Shown piece after piece: positions 1-7,277 of a stretch of 9,039 nt of DNA; position 1 is the stretch's first letter, and the number at the start of each line of letters is the position of its first letter. The stretch lies in NCBI GenBank assembly GCA_964565725.1, contig CAZMGA010000011.1, forward strand, positions 12,842-21,880, given 5' to 3'. This DNA is from an uncultured archaeon (lineage in GTDB: Archaea; Iainarchaeota; Iainarchaeia; Iainarchaeales; 0-14-0-20-30-16). The position numbers were made by a program, and so were the translations under genes. The notes under the pieces are model-generated. The model had not been told where the DNA came from, ran no database searches, and worked only from the letters and a program-made list of their open reading frames with translations.

Positions 1-573
1 GAAAGTGTTCAAAGTCATACTGGTAATTTAGCTGGTGATTACTCTATTTATAATGGAATATTTAATCAATTTAATATTGTGAGTGCGAACACAGTAAATG
101 AATTAGTAAATTTTTCTGCAATTTTATCTAAACCTAAAACAAAAAATATAACTATAATTACTAATGGCGGGGGATATGGTATATTATTATCTGATTATTT
201 TGAAGAATATAATATCCCTATTTTAGATTTTTCAGATAATTTAAAAAATGTTTTAAAGAAAAATTTACCTTTTGGAGTATCTGTTAAAAATCCTATAGAT
301 ATTATGGGAGATGCAAATACTGAAAGATATTTGACAGCTATAAATTTAACTAAACAAATATCAGATACCTATGTAATTATTTTATTAGGTCAAGTTTCTA
401 CAATTAATAAAGAAGAGGTTTTAAATCTTAAAAAAGGATTAGAAAAATTAAATAAAAATATATTTATTATTTCTACAATGGATGAATATACTAAAATATT
501 ACAAGAAAATTTTTTAGTTTATGAATTTCCAGAAGATTTAGCAAAATCTTTATCTAAAAATTTATTAAAATAA
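1..573 (+). CDS. ADP-forming acyl/acetyl-CoA synthetase (NDP-forming CoA ligase), alpha-like C-terminal part, 5' truncated by window edge
   Basis: The frame is open from base 1 (ESVQSHTGNLAGDYSIYNGIFNQFNIVSANTVNEL...), upstream of the ORF-track GTG at 79. The SHTGxLAG motif and ITNGGGYGILLSDYFE...NPIDIMGDA are typical of ACD/succinyl-CoA ligase-like domains. TAA at 571-573. Confidence 0.85.
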   Translation, partial: ESVQSHTGNLAGDYSIYNGIFNQFNIVSANTVNELVNFSAILSKPKTKNITIITNGGGYGILLSDYFEEYNIPILDFSDNLKNVLKKNLPFGVSVKNPIDIMGDANTERYLTAINLTKQISDTYVIILLGQVSTINKEEVLNLKKGLEKLNKNIFIISTMDEYTKILQENFLVYEFPEDLAKSLSKNLLK

Positions 574-585
574 AAATGGAAAAAT

Positions 586-1014
586 TTATTTTCCTTTATT
601 TGCTTGTATAGGTAAATTAGTATAATCTACACAAAAATTTATTTTATTTAAAGCTTTTTTTGTTAAATAGGATTTTAAAAATGCTTTAATTAAATCTTTT
701 TGTTTTGGTGTTGATTCTTCAGATATACATGCATTAATTGCCTTTCCTGCGTTTACAGAATTAATAGCTTTTAATACTTTAGCAATATCTTCTTCGGATT
801 TTCCAATACCTTTTGTTATATTTTCAATATATTCATCTACAGATTTTATATTTATTGATTTCTTTAAATATTGTTCAATTTTTGCATCAAAGCTTATACT
901 TACTGATGCTAAAAAACTAGCTATATCTATTGTTGGAACATTATTATCTATTTTAAACTTTTTTATTGCTTTCCAATCATTTGTATTTGCTGTAAAAATT
1001 ATTTCTTCTGTCAT
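586..1014 (-). CDS. small conserved archaeal-type protein of unknown function, possibly DUF2666-like
   Basis: Complete 142-aa ORF. The N-terminus (FTANTNDWKAIKKFKI.....IASFLASVSISFDAKIEQYL) resembles what I recall of DUF2666 from memory only. It needs an HMM check. Confidence 0.5.
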   Translation of the reverse strand: MTEEIIFTANTNDWKAIKKFKIDNNVPTIDIASFLASVSISFDAKIEQYLKKSINIKSVDEYIENITKGIGKSEEDIAKVLKAINSVNAGKAINACISEESTPKQKDLIKAFLKSYLTKKALNKINFCVDYTNLPIQANKGK

Positions 1015-1149
1015 AGTATCACCTTAATTATTAAAATATAATATATAGCTTAGTATTTTTATATCTTTATATTATCTGATCATTTTTATTTAATAATTTA
1101 ATAAGAATAATTTAGAAATGTTTATATATAACATTTATATAGTCTATTT

Positions 1150-1314
1150 ATGGCTAGAAAAGTAAATTTATTGGGTAATTTAGGAAACTTAGGGCATTTT
1201 GGTCATTTAGGATTTTTAGGTTATTATTATACACCTCTTAGATGGCTTCACATATTATATATATTCTATCTTTTGTACTTTTTGTATTTTTACAAAATGA
1301 ATAAAAATAAATAA
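1150..1314 (+). CDS. tiny Leu/Gly/Tyr-rich membrane-protein ORF (54 aa)
   Basis: ATG at 1150 to TAA at 1312-1314: MARKVNLLGNLGNLGHFGHLGFLGYYYTPLRWLHILYIFYLLYFLYFYKMNKNK. TATA-like TTATATATA at about 1122-1130 is spaced for a leaderless archaeal transcript. Absent from the supplied ORF track. Confidence 0.5.
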   Translation: MARKVNLLGNLGNLGHFGHLGFLGYYYTPLRWLHILYIFYLLYFLYFYKMNKNK

Positions 1315-1354
1315 AAATTAGATTATAAAAATAAAATATTAAAGTAATAATAAA

Positions 1355-1573
1355 TTAGATTTTTTTAATAATTTCTTTTAGAGATTCTTTTTTTAAATCT
1401 CCAATTTTTATATCTCCTTTTTCTTTGATATATGTAAATACTTCTGCATTAGATGTAATAAAATAATATTTTTCTTTAATTCAAAACTAGAATCAGGGAA
1501 TCTTTGATCCCCAAAAACAAAAATCACAATTTAGATTACATTTATTTCCTATTAAATAATGAATTTCATTCAC
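1355..1573 (-). pseudogene. degraded radical SAM protein remnant
   Basis: Minus strand, starting GTG immediately after the gatE stop: (M)NEIHYLIGNKCNLNCDFCFWGSKIP* contains the radical-SAM CxxxCxxC motif. In-frame stops TGA, TAG and TGA follow, and the same frame then reopens as IKEKYYFITSNAEVFTYIKEKGDIKIGDLKKESLKEIIKKI*. The intervening stretch is open in another frame (GDQRFPDSSFELK). Confidence 0.6.
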
Positions 1574-3415
1574 TTATTTCACTTCATTTATTTTTTTTTC
1601 TAAGTATTGAGATAATTGTTTCATATCTGGTTTTATTTTATTTTCTGTTAATGTTTTCATTATTGTTCCAAACATTGCATTAATTGGTGAATGATGGTTT
1701 TTAATAAAGTCTTTATTTTCTTTTAAAATATTATCTATTATTTTTTTACTATTTTCATCTAATTCTGACTTTTGTAATGTGTTTAAAATTTCTTCTTTTG
1801 TTTTTCCAGATTCAAAATCTTTTATAGCTTTAGAAAAATCCTTTCTTGTTATTTTTTTTTCTTTTTCAGCATTTAATATCCATAAATATTTATTTAAATT
1901 TACTTTTTCTGGTAAAGCCATAAAAAAATCTGCTAAGCTTAAAGGATTATATTTTTCAATATATTTTGTAAATTGTTTTGCATAATTAGTTTGAGATATA
2001 TGCTCTGATATTTGTTGATTTAATCCATATTTTTTATAAATTTCAATTCTTTCATTATACCATAAAGGTAAATTATTTTTAATATCTAAAACTTCTTTTT
2101 TAGTAATATATCTTAAAGGTGTATCTGTTTCGGGATACATTCTTTCTGATCCTGCTAAAGGTCTAGAATATTCGGTTGTACCATCATTTAAAGGGTTTCT
2201 TGTTTCTTTTATTACACCTTCAAATAATTTTAATGCTCTTTCAAAAGCAATTTTTAATGCTCTTTCCGCTTCTTTTTGTTCTTCTATAACTATTACAAAT
2301 AAATCATTTTCATTTGCATTTAATTTTTTATTAATTTCTTTTATATTATCTAAAGTAAAGCCATATTTTGGTAATTCATCTGTATGGAATAGTCCTTTTG
2401 CTTTAGTTTGAACTTTTACATATCCTGATATTTCTGAACCTACTCTTTTTCCAGGCATAGTTTCTTTACCAAATAATCCTTTATAACCTTTTAATAATAT
2501 TGCTAATGCCTTTTGATTTTTTTTAATTGCTTCTTTTAATTTTTCATTTTCTGTTTTTAATATTATATCTGAAACATCATATATTTTAAATTCTTGATTT
2601 TTATCTACATTTTTATTTAAATAATTTTTAACTTCTATTAATGCTAATTGTCTTTTAACTTCATTTTCTACATATGTTTCAATTAAATCTAAATATTGTA
2701 CACCTTTTATTTCTATTCTGGCTCCTTCTTTAATTGATATATTTACATCTTGTCTTATTGAGCCTAATCCTCTTTTTGCATTTCCTGTTATTCTAAATAA
2801 TTCCCCAATTTTTTTTGCACATTCTTTAACTTCTTCAGGTGTTTCTAAATCTGGTTTTGTAGTGAACTCAATTAAAGGAATTCCTAATCTTTCTAATGCA
2901 TATTCTACTTTATTATTTGTATTATTTATTATTTGAGATGCATCTTCTTCTAAACAGATACTTGCAATACCTATATTTTTATTATAAATATTTAAAAATC
3001 CATTTTGTGCAATTAAGGAAGTTCTTTGAAACCCAGAAGTATTTGATCCATCAATAACCATTTTTCTCATAATAAATACAGTATCAAAAATTTCTGAATT
3101 TGTTTTTAATGCAACTTCTAAAGTAGTTTTTAAAGCTTCTTCATTTATGTTTTGTGGAGGTTCTTCATCCAATTCAACTAAACAAATTTTATTCTTGTGT
3201 GCGTTATAAAAATAAGTTCTGCCTTTTTTATATTCTTGTAATGCTGTTTTATCAAATTCTCCTTTTTCTGAAGCTACAGGTCTTAATTTTCTATTAATTT
3301 CAAATTCCCCTAAATCCTCATATATTTCAGAGTTACAATTACAAAATAATTTTTTTGTATTTAATTGTTGATGGCATTCTAAACCCGCTTTAAACCCTAA
3401 TTCTTTATAATTCAT
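1574..3415 (-). CDS. gatE: Glu-tRNA(Gln) amidotransferase subunit E
   Basis: 613 aa starting MNYKELGFKAGLECHQQLNTKKLFCNC. The sequence contains VLDEEPP-like LVELDEEPP, RKMVIDGSNTSGFQRT, GLGSIRQDVNISI and GSERMYPETDTP, all characteristic of archaeal GatE. Confidence 0.97.
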   Translation of the reverse strand: MNYKELGFKAGLECHQQLNTKKLFCNCNSEIYEDLGEFEINRKLRPVASEKGEFDKTALQEYKKGRTYFYNAHKNKICLVELDEEPPQNINEEALKTTLEVALKTNSEIFDTVFIMRKMVIDGSNTSGFQRTSLIAQNGFLNIYNKNIGIASICLEEDASQIINNTNNKVEYALERLGIPLIEFTTKPDLETPEEVKECAKKIGELFRITGNAKRGLGSIRQDVNISIKEGARIEIKGVQYLDLIETYVENEVKRQLALIEVKNYLNKNVDKNQEFKIYDVSDIILKTENEKLKEAIKKNQKALAILLKGYKGLFGKETMPGKRVGSEISGYVKVQTKAKGLFHTDELPKYGFTLDNIKEINKKLNANENDLFVIVIEEQKEAERALKIAFERALKLFEGVIKETRNPLNDGTTEYSRPLAGSERMYPETDTPLRYITKKEVLDIKNNLPLWYNERIEIYKKYGLNQQISEHISQTNYAKQFTKYIEKYNPLSLADFFMALPEKVNLNKYLWILNAEKEKKITRKDFSKAIKDFESGKTKEEILNTLQKSELDENSKKIIDNILKENKDFIKNHHSPINAMFGTIMKTLTENKIKPDMKQLSQYLEKKINEVK

Positions 3416-3486
3416 TTAATCACTATACTAAATATTTATATATTATTATCATTTAACTTATATAAATATATCTTATGGGTGAAATT

Positions 3487-3753
3487 ATGGATAAAATTAA
3501 TTTGTCATATTTATTAATTGGAATAATATGTAGTTTATTTATTTTACTAATAATCGTGTTGATTATTTACTTTGTAAAAGTTTATAATTATAACAAAAAT
3601 AAGCCTAGGAGAAAATATTTAGTAAAAGATGAGGAAAAACACACTTGGCAAGGTTTTGAAACTCAAGATGAAGTAAAAGTAAAGTATAAGCCTAAAAAAT
3701 ATAAAGTTAGAGAATATGAAGTTAAATCTCCTAAATATAAAGGTAGTAAATAA
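3487..3753 (+). CDS. small single-pass membrane protein of unknown function
   Basis: MDKINLSYLLIGIICSLFILLIIVLIIYFVKVYNYNKN followed by a Lys-rich soluble tail. The ORF track starts at 3475, but a TATA-like element at about 3458-3470 fits ATG 3487 as a leaderless start. Confidence 0.55.
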   Translation: MDKINLSYLLIGIICSLFILLIIVLIIYFVKVYNYNKNKPRRKYLVKDEEKHTWQGFETQDEVKVKYKPKKYKVREYEVKSPKYKGSK

Positions 3754-4365
3754 TTACTTTTTTAGATATTTTTCCAATTGTTTAAAAGAAGTAATTCTTT
3801 CTTTTACATTTTTATATTCGTTTTTTCTATCTATTAATAATGCATTCATACCTGCGTTTTTTGCGCCTATATAATCATTTTCGTAATGATTCCCTATAAA
3901 TAAGATCTCATTAGGTTTTAGATTTAATTTTTTAATTGCCTTTTCAAATATTTTTTTATCTGGTTTTTTTAATTCTTCTTCATAGGAATAAATAACAAAA
4001 TCAAATATTTTTTTATATCCCCAATTGTTAATAATTTCTTTTGTAACAAATGAGCAATTACTTATTATTCCATATTTATAATCTTTCATTAATGGCAATA
4101 TATATTCGAAATCAGAGAATTCAACATAATTTGTTTTTGTATGTTTATTCATTAATATTTTTAGCTTTTTTAATTTCATAGCTCCGCAGGTTTGTTTAAA
4201 ATAATTATAAAATTCATCTAAATTAGTATTAGTTATCATTATTTTTTCAATAAAACTTTCACCCAGGTTTTGTTTAATAAACTTCATTAGGTTATCATGT
4301 GTTTTATTGCTTTTATTTCTCAATATAGTATCCCATATATCAAATACAATTGCTTTAATAACCAT
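3754..4365 (-). CDS. HAD-superfamily hydrolase-like protein
   Basis: 203 aa. Motif I-like KAIVFDIWDTIL, motif II-like IISNCS, motif III Lys in ELKKPDKKIFEKAIKKLN, motif IV-like LFIGNHYENDYIGAKNAGM. Confidence 0.85.
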   Translation of the reverse strand: MVIKAIVFDIWDTILRNKSNKTHDNLMKFIKQNLGESFIEKIMITNTNLDEFYNYFKQTCGAMKLKKLKILMNKHTKTNYVEFSDFEYILPLMKDYKYGIISNCSFVTKEIINNWGYKKIFDFVIYSYEEELKKPDKKIFEKAIKKLNLKPNEILFIGNHYENDYIGAKNAGMNALLIDRKNEYKNVKERITSFKQLEKYLKK

Positions 4366-4383
4366 AATATATATACTCTTTAA

Positions 4384-4497
4384 GATATAAAAATCTTTTT
4401 ATCACTTTTCAGTATAATTCAAATATTCCCTTTATTTAGTATAATAGCAATAAGTACTTTGTTTTGTGTATTGTTCAGAAAGAAGAATAAGATTTAA
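4384..4497 (+). pseudogene. copy A of a repeated short C-terminal membrane-anchor-like coding sequence
   Basis: Open from the stop at 4381-4383 to TAA 4495-4497: ...IFPLFSIIAISTLFCVLFRKKNKI*. Aligns codon by codon with copies B and C (IIAVSTGFCVLLRKRN*, IIAVSIGFCVLLRKRD*). Confidence 0.5.
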
Positions 4498-4539
4498 ATA
4501 AACTATAGTGCTATTTATATTATGATAAAAAGAATTTTT

Positions 4540-4580
4540 AACTAGTTTTCATTGACCCCTAAACACCTTAGGGACTAGTT
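4540..4580. repeat. nested inverted repeat upstream of the ABC-F gene
   Basis: AACTAGT (4540-4546) ... CCCTAA (4557-4562) ACACC TTAGGG (4568-4573) ACTAGTT (4574-4580). Both the outer 7-bp and inner 6-bp arms are perfect complements. Confidence 0.6.
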
Positions 4581-4621
4581 CAGGCTTTTTATACTATTTG
4601 TATGTCTGGCATTTTAACTTT

Positions 4622-4629
4622 AAAAGGAG
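4622..4629 (+). promoter_or_regulatory. Shine-Dalgarno for the ABC-F ORF
   Basis: AAAAGGAG at 4622-4629, 7 nt before ATG at 4637. Supports 4637 rather than 4598 as start. Confidence 0.7.
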
Positions 4630-4636
4630 AGTTAAT

Positions 4637-6166
4637 ATGTCGTTATTAATTATAAAGAATTTAAGTAAAGACTTTTCTCACAAAGTAATCTTTGAGAATG
4701 AGGAATTAATAATAAATGAAACTGATAAGATTGGTTTAATTGGTAAGAATGGCTCGGGTAAAACCACTTTAATAAATATCATCTTAGGTAAAGAATCATT
4801 TTTTGGTAATTTGCAAAAATTAGATTTAAAGATAAGTGTTTTAGAACAACAATCTTTAAATGCAAATCAAAAAGTAATTGATTTCTTAAATATAGATTTG
4901 TATTCTGATAATTCAGATTTAATATCTAAAGTTTTGGAATTATTTAATAAATTTGCATTAAGTTCAGAATTATTTGATCAAAATTTGTTAACTTTATCTG
5001 GTGGAGAAAAAACTAAATTAGCTTTAATAAAAATAATGCTTCAAGATCCAGATTTGTTAATATTGGATGAGCCCACAAATCATTTAGATTTTTTAGGTTT
5101 ATATATTTTACAAAAATTCTTAAAAGATTTTTCTAAAGCTTACATTTTAGTTTCCCACAATAGAGATTTTTTAGATAACAATACAAATAAAATTGTTGAA
5201 ATTGAAAATACTAAACTATTATCTTATGAAGGAAATTATTCTGAATTTAAAGAAAAAAAACAAAAAGAATTTGAACTTAAAATTGAATTATATGAAAATA
5301 ATTTAAAAGAGCACAAAAGATTAAAAAAAAGTGCAATCCAGAAATTAGAATGGTCTCAAAATAATTGTGCTATTAAGAAACCTAAACCACATGATAAATT
5401 AAGATTTCAATCTTATAATAGGTTAAATAAAGGTTATGATTTTAATGCAATAAATGCAAAAATAATATTTGACAGAGCTAATGCTATTGATTTGTCTAAG
5501 CCTTTTGAAGATACTGAAAGATTAAATATTGAAATTTTGCCATTTGAAAAAAGCTATAATGAAGTTTTGGTTTTGCAAAAAATTTCTAAAACAATTAATA
5601 AAGAATTGTTTAGCAATTTGAATTTAGAAATTAAAAGACTCGAAAAAGTTTTCATAGTAGGGAGAAATGGTTCTGGTAAGACAACTTTATTAAATATTAT
5701 TTGTGGCAAAGATAAAGATTTTTCTGGAAATTTAATTTTAGGTGAAAATGTAAATGTTGGTTATATTACTCAAGACAAATCTTTCTTGCATAAAGATTGC
5801 AATATTTTAGAATATTTATTAGAGCAACATAAAGATCTGGATGAATTTATTTTAAGAGATTATTTGGCTAAATTTTTATTTAAGGGTAATGATATAAACA
5901 AAAAGCTAAACATTCTTTCAGGGGGAGAAATAATGCGTTTAGATTTGTTAGATAAATTACTTTACAAATGTAATTTCTTAATTTTAGATGAGCCAACAAA
6001 TAATTTAGATATTGCCACTATTGAATTATTAGAACAAGCTTTAATAGATTTTCAAGGCACTATATTATGCATATCTCACGATAAGCAATTAATAAAAAAT
6101 GTTGCAACAATAGTTTACGAGTTAACTGAAAAAGGATTGAGGGCATTAAACAAAGAATTTATTTAA
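4637..6166 (+). CDS. ABC-F family ATP-binding protein (two ABC domains, no transmembrane domain)
   Basis: [44 protein letters not shown]; two Walker A ([16 protein letters not shown]); two LSGGE signatures; [10 protein letters not shown] and [13 protein letters not shown] track start 4598 is a TTG extension. Confidence 0.93.
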   Translation: MSLLIIKNLSKDFSHKVIFENEELIINETDKIGLIGKNGSGKTTLINIILGKESFFGNLQKLDLKISVLEQQSLNANQKVIDFLNIDLYSDNSDLISKVLELFNKFALSSELFDQNLLTLSGGEKTKLALIKIMLQDPDLLILDEPTNHLDFLGLYILQKFLKDFSKAYILVSHNRDFLDNNTNKIVEIENTKLLSYEGNYSEFKEKKQKEFELKIELYENNLKEHKRLKKSAIQKLEWSQNNCAIKKPKPHDKLRFQSYNRLNKGYDFNAINAKIIFDRANAIDLSKPFEDTERLNIEILPFEKSYNEVLVLQKISKTINKELFSNLNLEIKRLEKVFIVGRNGSGKTTLLNIICGKDKDFSGNLILGENVNVGYITQDKSFLHKDCNILEYLLEQHKDLDEFILRDYLAKFLFKGNDINKKLNILSGGEIMRLDLLDKLLYKCNFLILDEPTNNLDIATIELLEQALIDFQGTILCISHDKQLIKNVATIVYELTEKGLRALNKEFI

Positions 6167-6206
6167 TAACATTTTTATATTTGTATTGTAGTATTATGTT
6201 ATAGTT

Positions 6207-6839
6207 TTGGATACTTTTTCTAATGTAAAATATATTTTCATTGATGAAAGTGGTGATTTAGGGCAGTATGGTTCAGAATATTTTACTATAGTTGCATTAA
6301 CAACTAGTGATATTAAGAAAATAGGAAGAATAATAAAAAAAGTCAGACAACGAATAATGAAAAAGAAACTTAAGAATTTATCTGAAATTAAAGCTAATAA
6401 TTCAAACGAAATAATAAGAAAATATGTTTTAAATAGTTTAATTAATTGTAATTGTTTAATTTCTTCAATAGTGATTCCGAAATCAAAAATAAAACAAGAA
6501 TTATATGGCTCTAAAAATAAATTATATAATTATCTTTGTGGAGTTTTATTTAGTCATATTGATTTAAATGTTTCTTATTTAGAAATAATTATTGATAAAA
6601 AAGATAGTAATAAATTATTACGAGAGGACTTCAATCATTATATTTCAGAAAAAATAAAAGAGAAAGTAAAAATTAAATTTAGTATTACTCATTTAGATTC
6701 TCAAGCATCTAATGAGTTGCAAGTAGTTGATTTTGTTGCATGGGCAATAAATAGAAAATATTCTCATAAAGACGATACTTATTATAATATAATCGAGAAA
6801 CTAATTTGTAATAAAGATAAACAAGAAATTTGGAAATAA
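6207..6839 (+). CDS. DUF3800-type protein (RNase H-like fold predicted for the family)
   Basis: N-terminal KYIFIDESGDLG, central EIKANN, C-terminal HLDSQASNELQVVDFVAWAINRKY. TTG start as in the ORF track. Confidence 0.8.
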   Translation: MDTFSNVKYIFIDESGDLGQYGSEYFTIVALTTSDIKKIGRIIKKVRQRIMKKKLKNLSEIKANNSNEIIRKYVLNSLINCNCLISSIVIPKSKIKQELYGSKNKLYNYLCGVLFSHIDLNVSYLEIIIDKKDSNKLLREDFNHYISEKIKEKVKIKFSITHLDSQASNELQVVDFVAWAINRKYSHKDDTYYNIIEKLICNKDKQEIWK

Positions 6840-6846
6840 GAATAAG

Positions 6847-6912
6847 TGTGGACCCTAAGCAAGACCAATTCGTGCACCATCCGGTACACTCCTTACTAAG
6901 GACTTACCCACA
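6847..6912. ncRNA. candidate structured RNA/DNA element in a GC-richer intergenic block
   Basis: Outer pair TGTGG (6847-6851)/CCACA (6908-6912), TAAG (6856-6859)/CTTA (6903-6906), hairpin GTGCAC-CATCCG-GTACAC (6872-6889) and palindrome TCCTTACTAAGGA (6890-6902). About half G+C by eye in a very AT-rich neighbourhood. No transcription evidence. Confidence 0.3.
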
Positions 6913-6975
6913 TATATAATTATATCTATGATATATAAATATTTTTTGATAATTATTTATAAAGATTAAACATAA

Positions 6976-7059
6976 TCCCCATTCTGGATAGTATTCTCAT
7001 CATTAGGAATAATTGCAGTAAGCACTGGGTTTTGTGTGTTGTTGAGAAAGAGAAATTAG
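6976..7059 (+). pseudogene. copy B of the repeated C-terminal membrane-anchor-like coding sequence
   Basis: SPFWIVFSSLGIIAVSTGFCVLLRKRN* ending TAG 7057-7059. No canonical start in frame after the upstream stop. Confidence 0.6.
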
Positions 7060-7062
7060 ATT

Positions 7063-7111
7063 TTAGTATAATGGAAATTAGTATAACCACCATTATACTA
7101 ATTCTGGTTAT
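7063..7111. repeat. overlapping, mutually exclusive inverted repeats
   Basis: TTAGTATAATGG (7063-7074) is a perfect 12-nt complement of CCATTATACTAA (7090-7101). TTAGTATAA recurs at 7078-7086 and can pair with the same arm. ATAACCA (7083-7089) pairs with TGGTTAT (7105-7111). Confidence 0.6.
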
Positions 7112-7117
7112 AATGAA

Positions 7118-7170
7118 TTTGTCCGGAAAAAGCGGACAAAATGTGTCAATATTGTCCGGAAAAAACGGAA
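7118..7170. promoter_or_regulatory. two direct copies of TTGTCCGGAAAAA, each a TCCG-N7-CGGA dyad
   Basis: TTTGTCCG-GAAAAAG-CGGACAAA at 7118-7140, and TTGTCCGGAAAAAACGGAA starting 7152. Repeat starts 7119 and 7152 are 33 nt apart. Confidence 0.55.
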
Positions 7171-7190
7171 GAAATTTCCTTTGTATGTAG

Positions 7191-7245
7191 ATTCCTTACG
7201 GAATTCCGTAAAGAATACTATGATTTTCTTACGTAAAAGCGTAAG
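7191..7245. promoter_or_regulatory. two operator-like dyads TTACG-N6-CGTAA
   Basis: TTACGGAATTCCGTAA at 7196-7211, flanked by ATTC/GAAT at 7191-7194/7213-7216, and TTACGTAAAAGCGTAA at 7229-7244. Starts are 33 bp apart, immediately 5' of TATA. Confidence 0.6.
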
Positions 7246-7246
7246 G

Positions 7247-7257
7247 TATATATATTT
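7247..7257 (+). promoter_or_regulatory. TATA box for the ATPase gene (leaderless-type promoter)
   Basis: TATATATATTT about 25-30 nt upstream of ATG 7278; no Shine-Dalgarno. Confidence 0.6.
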
Positions 7258-7277
7258 CTTATAATACTAATTATAAT

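Noticed and set aside
578-594. GGAAAA-ATTTA-TTTTCC inverted repeat between the convergent genes at 573 and 586
   Set aside because: Could be a bidirectional terminator, but it is short, A/T-only apart from GG/CC, and overlaps the end of the minus-strand ORF. Expected by chance in this composition.
1779-1985. 68-aa plus-strand ORF in the supplied track
   Set aside because: Lies entirely antisense within gatE, with low-complexity FS/K content; best explained as a shadow ORF.
3751-3756. Convergent genes with stop codons directly touching (TAA|TTA)
   Set aside because: Consistent with a compact genome; not unusual enough to report as a finding.
4598-4636. Upstream TTG extension ([13 protein letters not shown]) of the ABC-F ORF
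   Set aside because: It overlaps the strong Shine-Dalgarno, and the conserved ABC-F N-terminus begins at ATG 4637.
6847-6912. tRNA gene in the GC-richer block
   Set aside because: No seven-bp acceptor stem, no TTCRA-type T-loop in a five-bp stem, and no credible anticodon arm on either strand.
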